Positions 59,674 to 64,000 of a stretch of DNA of 64,000 nucleotides are shown here, piece after piece. This DNA is from an uncultured virus (IMG/VR IMGVR_UViG_3300003324_000404) (Duplodnaviria; Heunggongvirae; Uroviricota; Caudoviricetes), in IMG/VR virus record IMGVR_UViG_3300003324_000404. One strand, given 5' to 3'. The translations under genes and the position numbers were made by a program. The stretch's first letter is position 1. Every line of letters begins with the position of its first letter. The notes beneath the pieces are model-generated. The model was not told the DNA's origin and searched no databases. It saw only the letters and a list, made by a program, of their open reading frames with translations.

Positions 59674-62097
59674 CTATGCAGGGTCGTAGTACAGGCGAAT
59701 TGCGAAATACGCGATGTCGATGTGTGCTGTTCCCACACCCAAGCCGGGCCTGAAATCATCACACCAGATTCGGTTTGCAGGAATTTGAGTTCCTGGAATT
59801 CCTGTTAGTCTCGACAAGACCTCGTCAGCAGAACATTCGACTTCTCCGAAAGATCCCACAGGAATATCGTTGAAGACGAACTCGCTTGGGGCCGAAGAGT
59901 TTCCAGAACTGTTTGTCACACCAGATGACTCGCAGTAAAGGAATGGTACAGTCGTTGGCGCCGGGAAATATCCGGCATACGGACTGAAAGCCGAACCATC
60001 GTTCGAAGATCTCCGCGCAATCACAACATAGTGCGCCTTAGTCAACACATAGCCTGGCGGAGTAGCCGGCATGTAGATGTTGACGTTGGATGGAGCTGTT
60101 CCCGTGTCTGTTTCTCCGAAATACTCAGGTGCATACCGCTCGTCGTGAGTGACAGTTACATAAGTAGACGTGTCTGGAGTGCCCATTTCGTCGAATGCTC
60201 CTCCACCACCAGGACCTGTAGCATCCCAAGCAGGTAGGTCGAGAGTGAACGACTCCAACGGTGCCTCCTCGAAGCAGTTTGCCAGGAATCTTGAGTTATC
60301 CAGAACTACCTCTGCCGTGACTTCGGAATCCCCCACATAGCCCGCATCGTTCTCGATGAAGGCTTGCGGGTCGATGCTTGGCGTCAAATTTCGATCGAGC
60401 AAGTAGGTAACCGAACCGGCATCGCGCTCCCAGACTTTTACATTGGCTGCGCCCCAGGTCCAATACACCCTGGCCCTGTACCAAGTCTCGTATTCGATGC
60501 TGAACGTCACATCGGCGGGGGTGGTGGTTCCTTCGTCTCGCCAAGCAACTACCGGGAGATGTCCTGCGTCGATCTCGACTTGAAGACTTCCCGGAATATC
60601 CCCATCAAACGCCATAACTTTCTTTGTGTCGCCAATCGCTGTTGACTTGAGCGCCACGCTCTTGACTTTGAAGTCGATGAAGGAGGTAAACGCCTGCTCG
60701 AGATAGTCGGTGTGTCCCGCATTCCAGATCATCTTCTTGATCCAACCCTGATCCGTATCGGGATACGCTCGCAGGTAGAAGTCGCCATCCGTCAAGTTGA
60801 GGATGACGATCTTCGCCTCGTAGACACGGACTTCCACAGGAAGTTCCGCCGGATCCGAATTGAAGTTGGAAGCCCCACGGAAGTTCATGAAAGCTCCGGC
60901 CTCGAGAGCGGCCACAACATCAGCCTCTGTCGAGTTAACCCACGCGTCCATGCGAAGAGGAACGACGTAGTCTGTGGGGGTACCACTCACGTCGGTCAAC
61001 TTGAATGCCATTCCCTCTTGAGCACCGTCAGAGAAACCGCCAACAGCTTCCAAACCCTCGACGTCGGTCGAGATGTGCACTTGAGCCTCGGCATCGACAT
61101 TGTCGGGATCGTCTGGGTTCACAAGCCCATCGATGGACATGCGAATATGCAGCTCGATCTTGCTACCGACTGCATATCCTCCAGTTAAGGGCGGGATCGG
61201 GAACGTGTACCCAAGATCGCCCTCACCAGACGTGACGTACGTAGTATCATCATCGTCCGCCAGCACATCTCCTGTGCCGACGATAGTAGGAGTCGCAGCC
61301 GAGCCATTGTCCTCCATGTCGACCCCGAGAATGGGGATTTCCGTGATGTCAAGGCCGTTGTTCACGATTCCAAAGACAGTGACCTCTGTGTCGTTCTCAA
61401 CGTCTTCATCCGTTTCGTCAATCGGAAGGCCGGGGTTGTAGCTGTTGAAGTCGTCCACAAGGTTGATGCAAGACTCCTCCTCGGTCGGAGGGGGCGGCGG
61501 ACCCACCGACAGTGCATTACACGGCGGAAGTGTTCCTCCGAGAATGGTGTTCAGGAGCGCGTCAACGTCAGCTTCTCTCGAGTCGAACGTGTAGTACGAC
61601 CAAATACCACATGCTGGGGTTGTCTTGATCGTAATCGATCGAGACTCCGGAGTCGAGACGTCAGTCTTGGTCTGATACGAACGACCAGAAGGCTGTGCCT
61701 GAGCGTTGTAGACAATGTGCAGCCGGTAGCCCAGATTCTCGGTCTCATCGTTGCCGATTTGCGTGACCCAAGCCAGATTGAACTTGATGCGAGGGTTCTG
61801 GTGAGTGTACATGCCCGGATAGTCGGTCGACTCGTAGACACCTTCGCACTGAAGAAAGGCCTTTGGCGTATTTACGCACTGAATTTCGGCAGAGAACTCG
61901 TCTGCCTCAATCTTCTCGTAGTAGATTACGCCGTCAAAGTACCATTTCTCCGAGTCGTTCTCCGTCGTCGGATTGATGTTGACTCCGGTGAAGCCGTTCC
62001 AGACATAAGCCCCGCCTGTATGAGGGAACAGAACAGCCTTGGAGGAACCGTACTCGTAGGTACGTTCGCCGGTAGCGTCGTGAACGAGCTCTGTCAT
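59674..62097 (-). CDS. Major-tail-protein paralog with long C-terminal appendage domains
   Basis: N-terminal approx. 200 aa mirrors the major tail protein (TGER.YE.G....LFP..WNG.T.V..F..C.G..H..YN....PS...Y.T), followed by a poly-Pro linker and acidic beta domains. Confidence 0.75.
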   Translation of the reverse strand: MTELVHDATGERTYEYGSSKAVLFPHTGGAYVWNGFTGVNINPTTENDSEKWYFDGVIYYEKIEADEFSAEIQCVNTPKAFLQCEGVYESTDYPGMYTHQNPRIKFNLAWVTQIGNDETENLGYRLHIVYNAQAQPSGRSYQTKTDVSTPESRSITIKTTPACGIWSYYTFDSREADVDALLNTILGGTLPPCNALSVGPPPPPTEEESCINLVDDFNSYNPGLPIDETDEDVENDTEVTVFGIVNNGLDITEIPILGVDMEDNGSAATPTIVGTGDVLADDDDTTYVTSGEGDLGYTFPIPPLTGGYAVGSKIELHIRMSIDGLVNPDDPDNVDAEAQVHISTDVEGLEAVGGFSDGAQEGMAFKLTDVSGTPTDYVVPLRMDAWVNSTEADVVAALEAGAFMNFRGASNFNSDPAELPVEVRVYEAKIVILNLTDGDFYLRAYPDTDQGWIKKMIWNAGHTDYLEQAFTSFIDFKVKSVALKSTAIGDTKKVMAFDGDIPGSLQVEIDAGHLPVVAWRDEGTTTPADVTFSIEYETWYRARVYWTWGAANVKVWERDAGSVTYLLDRNLTPSIDPQAFIENDAGYVGDSEVTAEVVLDNSRFLANCFEEAPLESFTLDLPAWDATGPGGGGAFDEMGTPDTSTYVTVTHDERYAPEYFGETDTGTAPSNVNIYMPATPPGYVLTKAHYVVIARRSSNDGSAFSPYAGYFPAPTTVPFLYCESSGVTNSSGNSSAPSEFVFNDIPVGSFGEVECSADEVLSRLTGIPGTQIPANRIWCDDFRPGLGVGTAHIDIAYFAIRLYYDPA

Positions 62098-62105
62098 GGT
62101 GCCTC

Positions 62106-62645
62106 CTAACCTTTCGATCCGAGCGCTGCACGGCGCTGAGCGTTGAGCCTCATCATCTCAGCTCGGCGATCACGAGCACTCTGCTTGACGGGCTTGTTGT
62201 CGGCTTTGACGCTGTGAACCTTGATCAGCGTCAGAAGTTTGTTGAGGTGCCAGTACTGGGCCTGCCAGTCGATCTGGAACCCACTCATCCAATAGTAGAC
62301 GAGTTCAGCAGTGATTGCCTCACCGCTTTTGGCTTCGGGTCGTTGGGAGAACCACGTAGCCGATGCTTTCTTCTCCAGATACTCAGAAACCTGTATTTGT
62401 TGTTCTTCCGTGAGCTTCCAGAAAACCTCCGGAGGCACATTGGGAGTCAAACACATGCATTCCAAGTACGAAACGCTTTGTTCGTCCGTTTTGTCAGGAG
62501 TTGACAGAAGAGGAAGTTCCCATTTCTCTTCCCATTTTGACAGAGAGGCCAGAGAATGCTCTAGCTCGATGTCGATTGTCTCGACGAGAAACTTGTTGTT
62601 CTCTTCGTCGTACTCTTGAGACAGTTCGATTGTGAGTTTGAGCAT
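62106..62645 (-). CDS. Tail assembly chaperone-like protein
   Basis: LEHSL.SLSKWE.KW..T.EL.YYWM..WHLN.LLTLI..LN..RRA.LGSKG. Start at MLKLT. Confidence 0.7.
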   Translation of the reverse strand: MLKLTIELSQEYDEENNKFLVETIDIELEHSLASLSKWEEKWELPLLSTPDKTDEQSVSYLECMCLTPNVPPEVFWKLTEEQQIQVSEYLEKKASATWFSQRPEAKSGEAITAELVYYWMSGFQIDWQAQYWHLNKLLTLIKVHSVKADNKPVKQSARDRRAEMMRLNAQRRAALGSKG

Positions 62646-62664
62646 TCTCTGGCTCCCTTCTCGA

Positions 62665-63555
62665 TCAGTAGTCGAACGACCAGTCGTCGTTGCCCACCAG
62701 GTTGTAGCCAGCCTGAGCGTGAGCAGTGACGTGAGCCGTCTCGCCCGTGCTGAGTGCCGGCTGCGCACCCGGAGTCTTGTTGACGCCGTTGATCTTCCAC
62801 TGCACACCGGTCACCGTCGGCAGGGTCACCACGTGGGTGCCGCTGTTGTAGGTGGGCTGGTTGGCAGCAACGCCCAGGTTGACATCGGTGAGACCGGCGC
62901 CGCCCATGGCGTTCAGGACCTCATCCGGGGTGGGCATACGAGGGTCGTCTGCCACCGTTCCCTGAACGATGTCCAGGAGATCTGCCAGCAGGTCCTGATC
63001 GACCGTCGGGTCGGTGCTGTCGATCGTGAGCAGGCTGGTCGGCCTCAGACCAAGGGCAATGAAGTCCTCGTCCGTGAAGGCCACCGGAGTGGACTCGAAC
63101 TCCCACGAGAAGTTGGTCATCTCGGGGCTGTCGTTGACCGTCGCGTACGCCTTCTCCGACGGAGAGGTGGTGTTGTTGTACGCGAAGTGGTGCTTGAACC
63201 CCGCGTCGGGGTCAACATCGTCGCCCACCTTCGTCCTGTAGTACAGGTCGAAGGGCTTGCGGGCCTGCTGGCCCACAGCGACACCGTTGACGACCTTGAA
63301 GCCGTCGCACTCGAGGAACTCGTCGGGGCACATGTATGCCTCGATCGTTCCGCCGAACGTCTCGGCTGCGCGAATCGCGCCGTACACGATGTTGTCCGCG
63401 TACGTCTTGGTGTTGTCGGCGCCCGCAGGCGTCTCGGTGACAGTGGTGAGACCGTTCCAGGCTACACCGTCGCCACCACTCGGGAAGAGGATGCCGTGAT
63501 CGCAGCCCGTTTCGAACTTGCGCTCACCGGTACCATCCCAGGTGACCTTCGTCAT
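62665..63555 (-). CDS. Major tail protein
   Basis: WDGTGERKFETG.D.G..AWNGLT.V.E..YADNI.Y..PSEKAYATVNDSPE..FSWE. Confidence 0.9.
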   Translation of the reverse strand: MTKVTWDGTGERKFETGCDHGILFPSGGDGVAWNGLTTVTETPAGADNTKTYADNIVYGAIRAAETFGGTIEAYMCPDEFLECDGFKVVNGVAVGQQARKPFDLYYRTKVGDDVDPDAGFKHHFAYNNTTSPSEKAYATVNDSPEMTNFSWEFESTPVAFTDEDFIALGLRPTSLLTIDSTDPTVDQDLLADLLDIVQGTVADDPRMPTPDEVLNAMGGAGLTDVNLGVAANQPTYNSGTHVVTLPTVTGVQWKINGVNKTPGAQPALSTGETAHVTAHAQAGYNLVGNDDWSFDY

Positions 63556-63564
63556 TCTTCCTCC

Positions 63565-63891
63565 TTAGAAGAACAAGGTGAAAACATCGTGGTTGAGGTT
63601 GTCTGCCGGGAACGACCTGTCGTGTCGAGCTCTGGGCAGCGATGCCAACAGGTCATACCAAGGACCCTCGGGATCCTCGTCAATTGCTGTCAGCGTGTAC
63701 CGCTTTTGATGGCGGAATGGTGCATTGTCGGCGAACGAGGTGTCCCCTGTGTTTCGCCCGATCGTGATACAGGGGTACGTCATCTTCAACCCCGCAGGAG
63801 GCTGGATGTATAGCGCAGGCTTCGCTGGCAAAATATCTTGATCGACGAGAGCTCCAAAGATCTCGTCAAGATACGCTCGCAACTGGTCCAT
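63565..63891 (-). CDS. Tail terminator
   Basis: YIQPP...MTYPCI..FADN.P..Y..T.ID.DP..DNLNHDVF. Confidence 0.75.
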   Translation of the reverse strand: MDQLRAYLDEIFGALVDQDILPAKPALYIQPPAGLKMTYPCITIGRNTGDTSFADNAPFRHQKRYTLTAIDEDPEGPWYDLLASLPRARHDRSFPADNLNHDVFTLFF

Positions 63892-64000
63892 TGTATACAC
63901 CTCCTAGCCTGAGGAGTAGGCGGGGATGTTGGACTTCCACAGAGGGAACTTTCCACTTTTTCCCCGCCCACTCAACGTAGACGATGGCGAAGAAATTCTC
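63866..64000 (-). CDS. Head closure (stopper) protein, C-terminal fragment
   Basis: Hand translation: ENFFAIVYVEWAGKKWKV.SVEVQHPRLLLRLGGVYNG..stop. Confidence 0.7.
   Translation of the reverse strand, partial: ENFFAIVYVEWAGKKWKVPSVEVQHPRLLLRLGGVYNGPVASVS

Noticed and set aside
62106..62665. Tail-chaperone programmed frameshift
   Set aside because: No clear slippery heptamer or overlapping second ORF was found.

Overview
Nearly complete, circularly permuted genome of a tailed (siphovirus-type) phage, most likely of Actinobacteria. Gene content and order resemble the Arthrobacter AM/AU, Streptomyces BI, Gordonia DJ and Rhodococcus Pepy6-like group; this is from memory of those families, and no database search was run. 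Essentially all real genes are on the minus strand. Reading minus from a probable cos end at about 12.59 kb: EEP nuclease, small terminase, HNH, lysin, adaptor, tail fibres, 2H phosphoesterase, large terminase, portal and protease-capsid fusion, which runs off position 1. The order resumes at 64 kb with head-tail and tail genes, tape measure, holin, an array of single-gene cassettes, conserved early/middle genes, a helicase-primase-polymerase fusion, SSB, many small ORFs, an SF2 helicase, nucleases and a 936-aa DFDGD two-barrel RNA polymerase-like protein. No integrase, CRISPR array or complete tRNA was seen. The main observations are: (1) an SF2 helicase frame stays open across an approximately 1.28-kb insert that carries RBS-led genes in the -1 frame; (2) the phage RNAP-like gene co-occurs with 24 copies of a strictly spaced TCGC-N15-TATAAT-like promoter; (3) these promoters drive terminator-bounded gene cassettes and three tandem ORF-less structured small RNAs; (4) there is an approximately 720-nt structured non-coding tract; (5) a recurring hydrophobic-x-His motif suggests that the RNAP and the 2H enzyme are virion cargo.
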